NCBI GenBank assembly: GCA_964405015.1
Contig: CAYOME010000001.1
Location: forward strand, 77,611-141,610
Direction of reading: 5' to 3'
From: an uncultured Candidatus Saccharibacteria bacterium
GTDB lineage: Bacteria > Patescibacteriota > Dojkabacteria > SC72
DNA: 64,000 nucleotides
Under the pieces are notes generated by a model, which saw only the letters and a program-made list of their open reading frames with translations, ran no database searches and had not been told where the DNA came from. Positions 21,648-31,325 of the stretch are shown here, piece after piece; the first letter of the stretch is position 1, and each line of letters starts with the position of its first letter. The position numbers and the translations under genes were made by a program.

Positions 21648-21834
21648 ATTTTTTACTTTTTTCCAAAAAATTATTTAGGTCTTGGACATCTATTCTGTAT
21701 TGTTTACCGACTTTATAAGCAGTTAGCTTACCTGCTTTTACCCATCTAAATACAGTCAAATAGGATATTTTTAATAATTCAGCGATTTCATCTATTGTGT
21801 AGAATTGTGTGGCAGTTTTTTCTTGGTTATTCAT
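21628..21834 (-). CDS. Excisionase-like HTH_17 DNA-binding protein
   Basis: YTIDEIAELLKISYLTVFRWVKAGKLTAYKVGKQYRI. Confidence 0.9.
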   Translation of the reverse strand: MNNQEKTATQFYTIDEIAELLKISYLTVFRWVKAGKLTAYKVGKQYRIDVQDLNNFLEKSKKYGNSTI

Positions 21835-21883
21835 CTTTATCATTATTTAACATTTTATATAAATATTCAAGAGATATGGAAAA

Positions 21884-23029
21884 TTATTTATGAACTACTC
21901 CTGTTAATTCTCTAGGTATAGTAACAAATAGGTTAAATTTGGATAATTGCTCATCAATATCATTGATAATATATGCCCTGTTATCCTCAACCTTTAGATT
22001 CTTAAGGAGTTTTTTGTAATTGCTCCATTTGTAACTGTCCTTTCCATACCAACCCATTGTGCTTCTTAATGCTTGAATCCCTCTAGTAGATATAATCCCT
22101 TGCATAAAAGATGTATTTATTAACTGTCTCTCTGATAGTTGTGGGTTTAGATTTTTAATAGATATCATCTTCTCGTAAAAATCCTCAGGCTTCCAAGTGA
22201 TACTTACATATTTATTTTTTATCTCTTTATTCCAAAAACTCGATAACATTGCTTGTGATAGCTTCCTACTGAATAGCTCTTTGAAGGTAAGTGGTGTTTC
22301 AGAATACTCAGGAGCGTAGCTCTGAATCTTTCTTTTTATTGCTTTCTGCCCAGTCATTCTAAACTCAAAACGCAGATAGTTATTATTAGGTAACTCATCA
22401 AGGAGATTAAGTTGTGTATATACTTGTTTATCTATACTCCTATCTTCGCTTATTTTACCTTGCTCTAATTCCCTTACTTTGTCATAAATAGCAAATTCAC
22501 TATCCTTATTATGTATATGTATTATTTGACCACCATTTTTGAATTGGTTCTCTGAGAAATCCTGCTTTAGATTGGTATCCAAAGCTTTCTTAAGCTGATT
22601 TAATACCATAGGACAGTTCAAGCCATCAGATAGCAGTATATTCTTAGAGAAGTGTATACCAACAACCTTAGAATCGATTAGACGCCCTCTAGAGATATGA
22701 AATTGATGCATCTTAAGTTTTAATTCAAGTTCATCAATGATTGATTCAAAATCATATTCACACACCTCTTGAAAATTGTTCTTGTAGAGTAGTTTAGGTA
22801 TTGAGAATTGAATATTTAAGCTAATATCTAATTCATTACGATACCTTCTGTAGAGAGTGTAAATAGGCACATATATACCTAGTTTTCTTTCTATCTCACT
22901 CGGATTTCGAGTATAAAATCTATAACCTCTGTCTGTTGTAAAAACATTCATAGCAGAGGGATTAAATTGTTCTAAATTGCCTATATCCATCTTTGTTGCT
23001 GGTATGGATAGAGTTATTGTGTCTATCAT
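21884..23029 (-). CDS. Putative replication initiator (Rep_trans / phage gene II-X-like)
   Basis: MIDTI, FSIPKLLYKNN, IYDKVRE and LRFEFR motifs; sits between SpoVG-like and HTH genes in an integrative element. Confidence 0.6.
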   Translation of the reverse strand: MIDTITLSIPATKMDIGNLEQFNPSAMNVFTTDRGYRFYTRNPSEIERKLGIYVPIYTLYRRYRNELDISLNIQFSIPKLLYKNNFQEVCEYDFESIIDELELKLKMHQFHISRGRLIDSKVVGIHFSKNILLSDGLNCPMVLNQLKKALDTNLKQDFSENQFKNGGQIIHIHNKDSEFAIYDKVRELEQGKISEDRSIDKQVYTQLNLLDELPNNNYLRFEFRMTGQKAIKRKIQSYAPEYSETPLTFKELFSRKLSQAMLSSFWNKEIKNKYVSITWKPEDFYEKMISIKNLNPQLSERQLINTSFMQGIISTRGIQALRSTMGWYGKDSYKWSNYKKLLKNLKVEDNRAYIINDIDEQLSKFNLFVTIPRELTGVVHK

Positions 23030-23291
23030 TCTTTTTCAATACTTCTTTTAATCTTTTATTTACTGCTTTCTCTATCGCTTGCCCTGATTCTTTGTTGATA
23101 GGGTAGTAGATATTGAAATTCTTCTCTCCAACCTTCCTTGTTGGATATACAAGTCGATATGATTCTTCTTCTAATCGCTTTATAACACCAATATTCCCAA
23201 GATAGATTGCATCTCCAATTACCAAACTTGCAAACGCTACTAATCCCTCTTTTGGCTTTACCAAATCAATACTTATTTCACTTATTTTCAT
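22962..23291 (-). CDS. SpoVG-like nucleic-acid-binding protein
   Basis: MKISEISI, LVAFASLVI, LVYPTRK, YPINKESGQAIEKAV. Confidence 0.8.
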   Translation of the reverse strand: MKISEISIDLVKPKEGLVAFASLVIGDAIYLGNIGVIKRLEEESYRLVYPTRKVGEKNFNIYYPINKESGQAIEKAVNKRLKEVLKKNDRHNNSIHTSNKDGYRQFRTI

Positions 23292-23295
23292 TTAC

Positions 23296-23466
23296 CTATA
23301 GCTTTAATTTAATATTCTCCTGTTCTATTTCATCTAAAAGAACAACAAAGTTAATTAGCTTCTCTATTTCGAAAGATTGTTCTGGAGATGTTTTAATAGT
23401 TGACTTATTTTCTATCAGTTTCTTCCATTTCTTATACTTTTGTTCTTTTTTGATATTTTCCATCAT
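23296..23466 (-). CDS. Small hypothetical protein (56 aa, not in the ORF track)
   Basis: MMENIKKEQKYKKWKKLIE...NIKLKL*; TAGAAT 7 nt upstream; stop 4 nt before the SpoVG-like start. Confidence 0.6.
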   Translation of the reverse strand: MMENIKKEQKYKKWKKLIENKSTIKTSPEQSFEIEKLINFVVLLDEIEQENIKLKL

Positions 23467-23473
23467 CAAGTAG

Positions 23474-23534
23474 ATTCTATGATGACAGCTATAACCCTGT
23501 CGTAAAACAGGGATAAAATGGGATTTAATGGGAT
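23474..23534 (-). promoter_or_regulatory. Promoter region with three ATCCC repeats at 10-bp period and an inverted repeat
   Basis: GGGAT (+) at 23510, 23520 and 23530; CCCTGT/ACAGGG at 23495-23512; -10-like TAGAAT (-) at 23474-23479. Confidence 0.55.
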
Positions 23535-23546
23535 AGTTTGGAACTG

Positions 23547-24194
23547 TTACAATGTTACAGGGTTTTTGAATTTGATAGTGCTCTTTTCTGGATTAATGCT
23601 ATCTTCGTGGATATCAAAAAAAGTATCCTTCAGACCAGCTCTGAAACCCCATCTATCTGTAATCTTTTGGAATTTATCACTAATCACAATTCCTAATTGT
23701 TTTTCAAGTTCTTCCTTTTTATATATTGTATTTGGGTTATCATATAACCATTTGAATATACTTTCATTATCACGACCGAATTGCGGCTTAGAGAGTAATA
23801 TCTTTCCGTTTAATCTAATATTCCTATCTGATTTATACTCAACAAAAAAGTGATTGTTTTCAATTGTATTCTGGATAGAGTCGACCACATTAAGTTCCGA
23901 AGTAGCTTGAGCTATCAATTTTAAAAAATAATCTTTGTCTTTTACCTTTATATTATACCGAGCAGGAATAGGGGGTGGGAAATAACCTTCAAAGGGATTA
24001 AAAATTTCAAGTATTTCTAATTTACCATCCCTTTCAAATTGGTATAGGATAGAAAGTGCCTCATCATATTTAATATCTTTGATATGTTCACATCCAAAAT
24101 CTAATGTAGGATTTTCATCGGAAAGAACGAGCTTTGTAGCATCTATAATTGCAATAGCAAACTGTATTTTCTTTTCCTCGTAATTCATCTTCAA
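23547..24194 (-). CDS. Hypothetical protein, possible C-terminal winged helix
   Basis: IFKWLYDNPNTIYKKEELEKQL resembles an OmpR-type wHTH segment. Confidence 0.55.
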   Translation of the reverse strand: MKMNYEEKKIQFAIAIIDATKLVLSDENPTLDFGCEHIKDIKYDEALSILYQFERDGKLEILEIFNPFEGYFPPPIPARYNIKVKDKDYFLKLIAQATSELNVVDSIQNTIENNHFFVEYKSDRNIRLNGKILLSKPQFGRDNESIFKWLYDNPNTIYKKEELEKQLGIVISDKFQKITDRWGFRAGLKDTFFDIHEDSINPEKSTIKFKNPVTL

Positions 24195-24479
24195 TACATC
24201 GTTATTTAATAGTTGTTTTAATAGTATTATAGCACTGCTTAAAGAAATCTTCTTAAGACAACTTTTATTCTCGGATATCTATATATGTAAACAACACCCC
24301 CTCCCTGGATACCCTATATCTACAAATAACAAAAATTTTCAATAAAAAGATAAGGAAGAAAGTCCTGTCTAATAAGAAAATTGACTCACGAGATGGTTTT
24401 CACAAGACCAAAATTGAATTCATAAAATTAACCCAATAAAAACAGTTGGGAAATGATTAAAAATAGGTGAGATAACTCT

Positions 24480-24800
24480 CTACTCTTTAAATCCAGTGGA
24501 ATCACGACAAAGAGTTCTTAACGTCTCTATGTCCTCTGTTCTCATATTAGGAAGACCTAGACCTTCTGAAACACATTCCATATATTTTTTTCTTTTTGCC
24601 TCGTTTTGAGATTCTAACTCTACCATTTGGTCCAGAATTAACTGTTCCTGTTGGTTTTGTAATTCCAATTCTCTTATCTGCCTATCAGAAATATCTTTGC
24701 TATTTTTTTGCCATACAAACCCAATAATAACTGCTACCAAAACTAGGGACACTCCAATAATCAAAGAGACTGTAACTGTAGTGTTATTCTTCTTTGCCAT
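24480..24800 (-). CDS. Small membrane-anchored protein
   Basis: N-terminal TM helix, coiled coil, two Cys. Confidence 0.65.
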   Translation of the reverse strand: MAKKNNTTVTVSLIIGVSLVLVAVIIGFVWQKNSKDISDRQIRELELQNQQEQLILDQMVELESQNEAKRKKYMECVSEGLGLPNMRTEDIETLRTLCRDSTGFKE

Positions 24801-24878
24801 AAGAGCAATGCTAAATTTATAACCAATTATAACAAAAATGGCTTAACGGTTACAGTTTGTTTACAGTATAATCAACAT

Positions 24879-25844
24879 ATGAGTGAAGAAGTATTGAAAA
24901 AGAAACAAATTATAGAGAAACAACACTATATTCCGCAATTTTACCTAAAACAGTTTGAAGATAAGAATCATCTGATTCAGAGGCTAGATATTAAAGCAAA
25001 CGTAATAATTAAGCCCAAGGGTAAGAAGGGTATTTGCTTTGACAAATTTTTCTATGCTTTAGAAACAGGTGTAGAAGATGAAGTCAGTCAATTGGTAGAA
25101 GAATGGTTAGGTAACCTAGAGAAACACTTATCAAAAAAACTCCCTGAGATAATAGACTCTCTATCCTGTAATGATGCTGTCCCTGATGAAGACAAATATG
25201 ATGTTGCAATGTTAATGGCAATGTTATATTTAAGAGGTCCTGTCTTCCGTAGGAAGCTAAACGAAATGAGATTATCAGGTATAAAACAACTTCTTCAAAT
25301 GTTTTCAAAAATTCCGAAAGATACAGTTGAAGATTATTTTAAGAATCGATATGAAGTTAGCCTAACAAAGGCAGAATTAAACAAACTCCTAAATGGTGAG
25401 GTTGACGACCTAAAGTTTAACAACCTTCTTCATTTGGAAATGATGAACGAGTTACGAGGTTTTTCAAATATGCTTTTTGGGCAAGAATGGCTGGTTTATA
25501 GAAATAAGTCTAGTTATCCATTTGTTACTTCTGATAATCCTTTGAGCCCTGAGAGGTTAGAAAGAAAAAACTTCTATACTGGTGCTTTTATGGATTACAC
25601 TTATCATTTCGCATTATCACCGAAGATACATATTGTTAGTAAAATGCCTAGATTTGTTGAAGGAAAAAAACTTCATAGAAAAACTTTAACAGAAACAGAT
25701 AATGATTTAGTTTTGAGATTGAATCTCTATGTAGCAGATACTTGTAGACAGTTTGTATATGCGTCGAAACGAAGTGCTTTAGAAGATATTTCTGATATTA
25801 TCAGAAGATACAAAGAAATTATTAGACTCAAACAGGAAGAATAA
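24879..25844 (+). CDS. DUF4238-family protein
   Basis: QHYIPQFYLKQF, FVTSDNP, FALSPKI. Confidence 0.88.
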   Translation: MSEEVLKKKQIIEKQHYIPQFYLKQFEDKNHLIQRLDIKANVIIKPKGKKGICFDKFFYALETGVEDEVSQLVEEWLGNLEKHLSKKLPEIIDSLSCNDAVPDEDKYDVAMLMAMLYLRGPVFRRKLNEMRLSGIKQLLQMFSKIPKDTVEDYFKNRYEVSLTKAELNKLLNGEVDDLKFNNLLHLEMMNELRGFSNMLFGQEWLVYRNKSSYPFVTSDNPLSPERLERKNFYTGAFMDYTYHFALSPKIHIVSKMPRFVEGKKLHRKTLTETDNDLVLRLNLYVADTCRQFVYASKRSALEDISDIIRRYKEIIRLKQEE

Positions 25845-25946
25845 TCAAGCAATATTAAAACCAAAATTCAAAATTGAAACAACTCTATCAATTAGAATAA
25901 CTTGTTCAGAGTCAAGGTTCATAATAACGTCATATAACCGACCCCA
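25845..25946 (-). other. Detached C-terminal segment of recombinase 1 (att junction)
   Basis: From the TGGGGT core, in the recombinase-1 frame: WGRLYDVIMNLDSEQVILIDRVVSILNFGFNIA*; its stop abuts the DUF4238 stop. Confidence 0.78.
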
Positions 25947-27568
25947 GATAATATTTTCATAGATTCTAATGCGTTAAAAGGTTCACGAAGCTCATAGTGA
26001 AGCACCTTTTTATCACCTACAGAAATGTTCACAAACACTAATTTGACCAACTGATCAATTAGATAGGCATTTTCAGTATTTTCTATTGTAGCAACTATGT
26101 TTTTAAAGAAGTTCACAAATAAATCATAATCAGGGAATTCAACATTTGCATGATATTCAGCTTCCTTATTCTGAACTTCTAGACCCTCTCTTTCTACCTC
26201 TAGATCTCTTATTTGGTGAATAATAATCTTCATTTCTTTTGAAAGCTGATTATTAACCACTTCATCTGTGGTTTTCAATATTTTCTCACTATATAGATTC
26301 CTCTTCTTCTCAAGACTAGTAATTCTTATATTCAATTTCCTAATTTCCTCATTTCTTTCTTTTGTTAAAGAATTTACCTCTTCAAAGTAAATCATCTTAG
26401 TTTTATCATAACTAGGCCTTGTAACATTCAAATTCTTACTTATAAAATCAGTTACAAAATCTAGAATTATCTTACCTCTAATTGTATTAGCAATCGGTTT
26501 AATCTTTTTTGTCCTTCTAGTTTCTTTACACTTATTATTCCCACAAGTAACATTCAAATATCTATCAGACTTTCCTGCACTGACACCTGGAATCATAATA
26601 GAACCACAATCACTGCACATTACAAAATCCTTAAAAGGTCTGAAGTTATTATTCATTTTCCAACCTCTTGGATATATTGTTCCTCTCTTTTGAATTGCGA
26701 TGAAATCAGAAGCCGAAACCATAGGTTTAAAATCAGGATCAACAGATAATAAATCAATAACTTGATCACCATAACAATAAAAGCCCGCAGAAAATGGATC
26801 CTTAAAGAAGCCAGAAAGCTTACCCGTATTTAACTCTAATCCTTCATTTTCTAATTCAGCAACAATCTCTTTCTGGGATTTTCCTTCTTTATATTGTTCC
26901 CAAGCATAAGTATAACTATCGTAAGTGTTTTTATCGGGTCTAAAGAAATCAGCTTTATTGGGAAGATATCCTTTTTTACTGGATCCCATGTATTTACCCT
27001 CACTAACTTTCTTCTTATTTCCTCTTTTTGTATCTTCAGAAAGTTTATCCGAGAATTCCTTAGCCATTGCAAAAAGGATACTTAATGTCATTTTACCCGC
27101 CGCATCATTATTGAAAGTGTAAGAGGGGAATTTGAGGTCAATAATATGGTCGTTGTCCAACATGTCCATAATCTCACCTGACTCTTTCATGTTCCTTGCT
27201 AATCGGTCTGGATGCCATGCAAGAATGGAATTATATGAATTCCCTGAGTTCAAGGTATCAAGCATTCTTTGAAATTCAAGTCGCTTACCAGCTGTCATAG
27301 CACTTTTTTCTTCTCTAATAATCTCAACAACTTCTAGATTATTATCCTTAGCAAATTTCTTACAAATATCTATCTGATCATCAATAGATTGAACTTGTCT
27401 CTTTTCATCTTCGGTAGATTTACGAGCATAAATAACATAGAGAGCTTTCTTATCTATTAAATCTCTTTCATCTTTAGTCTTTTTCTTTTTAGAGTTGTAA
27501 ACTTGAGCGTAAGAGCGCAGTAATTCTCTAGATTGAACTTCTGTAAGTTTGTCCGCAGATTCCTTCAT
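25919..27568 (-). CDS. Large serine recombinase 2 (integrated form)
   Basis: IYARKSTEDEKRQVQSI, WHPDRLARN, Zn ribbon CSDC..C..C, coiled coil; reads across the ACCCCA core. Confidence 0.95.
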   Translation of the reverse strand: MKESADKLTEVQSRELLRSYAQVYNSKKKKTKDERDLIDKKALYVIYARKSTEDEKRQVQSIDDQIDICKKFAKDNNLEVVEIIREEKSAMTAGKRLEFQRMLDTLNSGNSYNSILAWHPDRLARNMKESGEIMDMLDNDHIIDLKFPSYTFNNDAAGKMTLSILFAMAKEFSDKLSEDTKRGNKKKVSEGKYMGSSKKGYLPNKADFFRPDKNTYDSYTYAWEQYKEGKSQKEIVAELENEGLELNTGKLSGFFKDPFSAGFYCYGDQVIDLLSVDPDFKPMVSASDFIAIQKRGTIYPRGWKMNNNFRPFKDFVMCSDCGSIMIPGVSAGKSDRYLNVTCGNNKCKETRRTKKIKPIANTIRGKIILDFVTDFISKNLNVTRPSYDKTKMIYFEEVNSLTKERNEEIRKLNIRITSLEKKRNLYSEKILKTTDEVVNNQLSKEMKIIIHQIRDLEVEREGLEVQNKEAEYHANVEFPDYDLFVNFFKNIVATIENTENAYLIDQLVKLVFVNISVGDKKVLHYELREPFNALESMKILSGVGYMTLL

Positions 27569-27878
27569 CAACTACATTATATAGTATCCTTCGGTATCTT
27601 TTACATAATATTTTTACGTTTAGCTTTTTTAACCTTCTTTCCAGAAGATTTCGCAATTTCAGCATTAACAGACTCTATGAGAATGGGAATGTTTTTAATC
27701 GGATTTTCAATTGTAATTGGTTTTATTCTTGTCAAAAAAGTAGAAAGTTACAAGTAACTTTCCATCCTTTTTTGTGTTTTTCTCAATCATCTCACTACCA
27801 TTCCCAGTGGTAGTTATTACATTATGAAAGAATCCTATCCATTTTGCAACTCATAATATTCAGATCTATAATTAAAAC

Positions 27879-29585
27879 ATGAAGGATGATATGGAATCTC
27901 TCCAGCCTTTTTGGGCTTCAGCGGATGAACTTTATGGAGAAATAAAAAGAGAAAAGGAAACCCTTATTGATTTAATAAAGGATTTAGATAAAAGAGAATT
28001 GATAAGAATATTCTCTGAACTTGTCGATGAGATAAATAAAAACAAGATGGCATTAAATGCCCAATATATACTTCCTTATCTAAACAGAAAAGAGAGAAAA
28101 AGACTTGAAAAGATTATCGACCTTGAAAAAGACTTCTTAATACACAAACAGCAATTATTTACTGCAATGAAGATTGTCTTCAAATATGCAAATGGTGATG
28201 AAAAAGTAACCGAGGAAAACAAATCAAAAATAGGGAAGTTTTTATTAAGTATCAACTATCTTTCAGATGAAGACGCTCGAGTAAAGAATGAGGAAAGACC
28301 TGATGACCTATTAAACAATTTAACAGGTGATCTCCTACCAGTCTTCTTCATTTCTGCAATTCTTGATCCTTCCAATAGATTCACAACACATTCTTTAGCT
28401 AGACAGTATTATAATTTTGTTCGATACTGGGAAGATCACTCTGGAGATAAAGATCTTGCAGTTCTTGAAGAAGATTTTGAAAAACTCACAGGTTTAAAGC
28501 TAAAAGATTACTTTACACTTTGCTTTGCTCTCGCATATCAAATAGTAAATGAGAAAGAATTCAAACCTCTAGATCTATTAAAATACTTTTCAAATACAAC
28601 GTTAGAAAAAGAAGTGAAATATTTAGAAGGGAGATTTTCTTCGAGCATTGAAGATTATAAGAAATCACCATTCTGGAATCCGAAAGAAGAAACACTACAA
28701 TCTCTAATGAAAGCAGATTATCTACCTATTATACAAAAACCATTGTGTTTAATAGACGACAAGAACAGTATAATCTTAGACAAATCTCTCTTAGCAAAGA
28801 AAATTCTTGAAGATCCATACTGGATACTAGAAAATCATTATTTAGCTCAAAAAGATGAAAAGAAAAGAAGGCAGCTATCAAGTGCTTTTGGGAATATGTG
28901 GCAAGATTATGTTTTAAAACAAATTCAGACAAATTTAACAACCAATGTCACAGAACTAGATGAAGAAGAATCAACAGGACAAATTGCAGACTTTTTAATA
29001 GAAACAGATAGTGCAATCATTGTAATTGAAACGAAGCATTTTATATACAGTTTGGATACTCAATCTGGAAAGCTTGAGAGTTTCAAGAAGGATACAGAGA
29101 AAGTTTTTGGAGATAAGCATGGCCTAATCCAAATAGATAGCACAATAGAGAATCTCAAACTAGAAGAAAAAGGGAAAAAGATATACAGAGTTATAATGAC
29201 CGATGAACTTGTTCCTGAAAATTTTATTTACTTCAAATACTATGAAGATCAATTTCCAAGCTATACCCCGAAGAATGAAAATATCAGCTATCCCATTGTT
29301 ATCACAAAAGATGAATTTGAAAGAATTATCACAGTTGGAGAAAAAGAATTTTGTGAATTACTAGAAATCCGAGATCAGGAATTGAAAGATCACGATGGTA
29401 AGGGTTTAACAAAAAATAAAGATGTCCAGAACACAATGCTAACATTGCAAGAGCATCCTGATCTAAAAAATAAAGAAAAGAATAATGTTTATTCAAAAGA
29501 GTTATTTGATGAACTCGCAGATTACGTTCGAAAATACTTATTTCCTAAGAAATACGAAGAAGAAAAAAAGGATAAGCAAAAATAA
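27879..29585 (+). CDS. Hypothetical protein with C-terminal PD-(D/E)xK (NERD-like) nuclease motif
   Basis: ADFLIETDSAIIVIETK; own promoter TTGCAA-17-TATAAT at 27844-27872. Confidence 0.65.
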   Translation: MKDDMESLQPFWASADELYGEIKREKETLIDLIKDLDKRELIRIFSELVDEINKNKMALNAQYILPYLNRKERKRLEKIIDLEKDFLIHKQQLFTAMKIVFKYANGDEKVTEENKSKIGKFLLSINYLSDEDARVKNEERPDDLLNNLTGDLLPVFFISAILDPSNRFTTHSLARQYYNFVRYWEDHSGDKDLAVLEEDFEKLTGLKLKDYFTLCFALAYQIVNEKEFKPLDLLKYFSNTTLEKEVKYLEGRFSSSIEDYKKSPFWNPKEETLQSLMKADYLPIIQKPLCLIDDKNSIILDKSLLAKKILEDPYWILENHYLAQKDEKKRRQLSSAFGNMWQDYVLKQIQTNLTTNVTELDEEESTGQIADFLIETDSAIIVIETKHFIYSLDTQSGKLESFKKDTEKVFGDKHGLIQIDSTIENLKLEEKGKKIYRVIMTDELVPENFIYFKYYEDQFPSYTPKNENISYPIVITKDEFERIITVGEKEFCELLEIRDQELKDHDGKGLTKNKDVQNTMLTLQEHPDLKNKEKNNVYSKELFDELADYVRKYLFPKKYEEEKKDKQK

Positions 29586-29599
29586 TACCAAGATTTTTA

Positions 29600-29787
29600 C
29601 CAAGTTTTCCATAGTTTTTTAGTAACAAGGGAAGTTTTGAAACGCTTATGTAAATGCTACTAGTAGTTAACCAATAAGTATCACCAGGGAAAAGAAAGTA
29701 GAGTGTCTTAAGAAATACTCTTAAACCATCCATCTATTTTCTATCCTTTGTGAGGATCACTCCCTCAACATCTATGTATATCTTCAT
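29600..29787 (-). pseudogene. Degraded paralog of the HAD-like gene 30828..31289
   Basis: MKIYIDVEGVILTKDRK*MDGLRVFLKTL...YWLTT aligns with MRAYIDIDNVILIKDGKQMPYLKEFL; in-frame TAG at 29734-29736; left boundary approximate. Confidence 0.7.
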
Positions 29788-30125
29788 GTTACTACTATTT
29801 AATATTAATAACCCTCAACTTTCAAACCATTTTCCACTAAACACTTCCTATATTGATCAGGAGAATGAAGAATATTTAAAAGAAAATTATAAAGTAAAGG
29901 ATTAGTCTGGAAGGATATCCCCCCTAAAACTAAGTCTATCTTCCAATATATTCCAACATGGTCATCCATACCCCGATGTAACTAATCATCTACTTTGTAT
30001 CAATTTCCGACACACTAAATATTGAAATTTTGTTTTCATACCATGTATTACCATGTTTTGTTGAAAAAAGATGTAGTAGGGTAGCAATAATGGATTTTTA
30101 TTAAAGACATTAAAATTGCAACGTT

Positions 30126-30824
30126 TTAGTAATTATTTATTAAATCTATACCCTTTTCTGCATCAGGAAATACTTCAAACTTATATTTATTTGTAAAATA
30201 ATATTCAGGTAACTGTGAGAGTATCTTAGAATTAGATTCACCTTTCAACTGGTGATCACATCCCTCTATAATATGTGTTTGAACAGTCCTTGCGCTACTT
30301 GTATATCCTTTAAGGAATTCAAGGGTGTCAGGGGCTATTACAGAGTCTTCTGAGCCTATCACAATGAATAGATCTCCCTTATATCGTGGTAAATACTTCT
30401 GAATATCTTCCCTCAAGTTAGGGAGATTTATAAATGGATTAATAACTAAGACTTTGGTTACTTCTGGAAATTCCCAAGCTGTAAGTAATGCTGAAGCACC
30501 TCCAGCTGAGAATCCCATTAAAAATATTTCAGGGGTTTCAGATACAACGAATTCCAACGTTTTTTCTAAAGTGTAGTTAATCACCGTCCTTGCAGTTTCG
30601 TTGTAATCCTGAGGTCTTTCATTAGGTATTCTTACAAATGAAGCGATATTCCTTTTTTGAAGATAATTAGCTAAATTCAAGTATTTATTCTCATATCCTT
30701 CAGAAGTTCCACCTGCTCCAGGAATATTAATAATTACTTTGTTTGTTGAAGTAGGGTGATATGAGACAGGAATATCCCACCATGATTTAAGATAGATCTT
30801 TTCAGTTATGAAGGTATCACTCAC
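30126..30824 (-). CDS. Alpha/beta hydrolase
   Basis: GFSAGG nucleophile elbow, GSED, GCDHQL (Ser-Asp-His). Confidence 0.85.
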   Translation of the reverse strand: MSDTFITEKIYLKSWWDIPVSYHPTSTNKVIINIPGAGGTSEGYENKYLNLANYLQKRNIASFVRIPNERPQDYNETARTVINYTLEKTLEFVVSETPEIFLMGFSAGGASALLTAWEFPEVTKVLVINPFINLPNLREDIQKYLPRYKGDLFIVIGSEDSVIAPDTLEFLKGYTSSARTVQTHIIEGCDHQLKGESNSKILSQLPEYYFTNKYKFEVFPDAEKGIDLINNY

Positions 30825-30827
30825 TTC

Positions 30828-31289
30828 CTAATATAATGCTCCTTGAATTACTTTAAAATATTTACCTCTATTCCTGTGATATTGGGGAAATTCTTTCTCT
30901 AAGTTTTCTACAATTTCCTTAAGGTTATTATCAACCTTTCTCCAGCAATCTAGTTTATCCTTTTGACATAGTATTTTTTCTTCATCACCAGAGATTCTAT
31001 TAGTAAACCAGTAAACTTTGTGTCTAAAATCGATAGCATCTGTTCTCAGGTCTTCCCAATTTACAACCTTCATAAACTTTAATCTATAGAATATATCTCT
31101 CTCCAAGACTCTATCAAAGTGTTCAATTAGTAAAGACGTATCACCACTTCTACAAAGGGTAGATAATATAAATACATTTCCATCAAATATCGTAGATAGT
31201 ATATCTAGAAATTCTTTTAGGTATGGCATTTGTTTACCATCTTTTATTAATATGACATTATCAATATCTATATATGCTCTCATAATCAT
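30828..31289 (-). CDS. HAD-like hypothetical protein
   Basis: N-terminal YIDIDNVI resembles HAD motif I; later motifs look degenerate. Confidence 0.55.
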   Translation of the reverse strand: MIMRAYIDIDNVILIKDGKQMPYLKEFLDILSTIFDGNVFILSTLCRSGDTSLLIEHFDRVLERDIFYRLKFMKVVNWEDLRTDAIDFRHKVYWFTNRISGDEEKILCQKDKLDCWRKVDNNLKEIVENLEKEFPQYHRNRGKYFKVIQGALY

Positions 31290-31325
31290 ATGATTATAAA
31301 TGATCTGTGATTCTATACAGAAGCT

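Larger units (their letters stand above)
16095..25946. mobile_element. Integrative element 1 (~9.85 kb) at the tRNA-His 3' end
   Basis: ACCCCA cores at 16089-16094 and 25941-25946; carries a serine recombinase, R-M, HTH, Rep-like and SpoVG-like genes; in-frame recombinase tail at the distal end. Confidence 0.88.

Noticed and set aside
21265-23651. Further ACCCCA hexamers at 21265 and 23646 as possible att sites
   Set aside because: Both lie inside intact genes with no adjacent recombinase end; the 6-mer alone is not diagnostic
27601-27757. Short ORFs upstream of recombinase 2 as a possible directionality factor
   Set aside because: No convincing start or motif; the + strand 74-aa ORF overlaps the recombinase start
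29806-30039. Minus-strand frame with two in-frame TGA codons, suggesting stop-codon recoding
   Set aside because: That frame soon ends at TAA, and the long genes need no TGA readthrough; more likely a decayed remnant or a short 55-aa ORF in another frame
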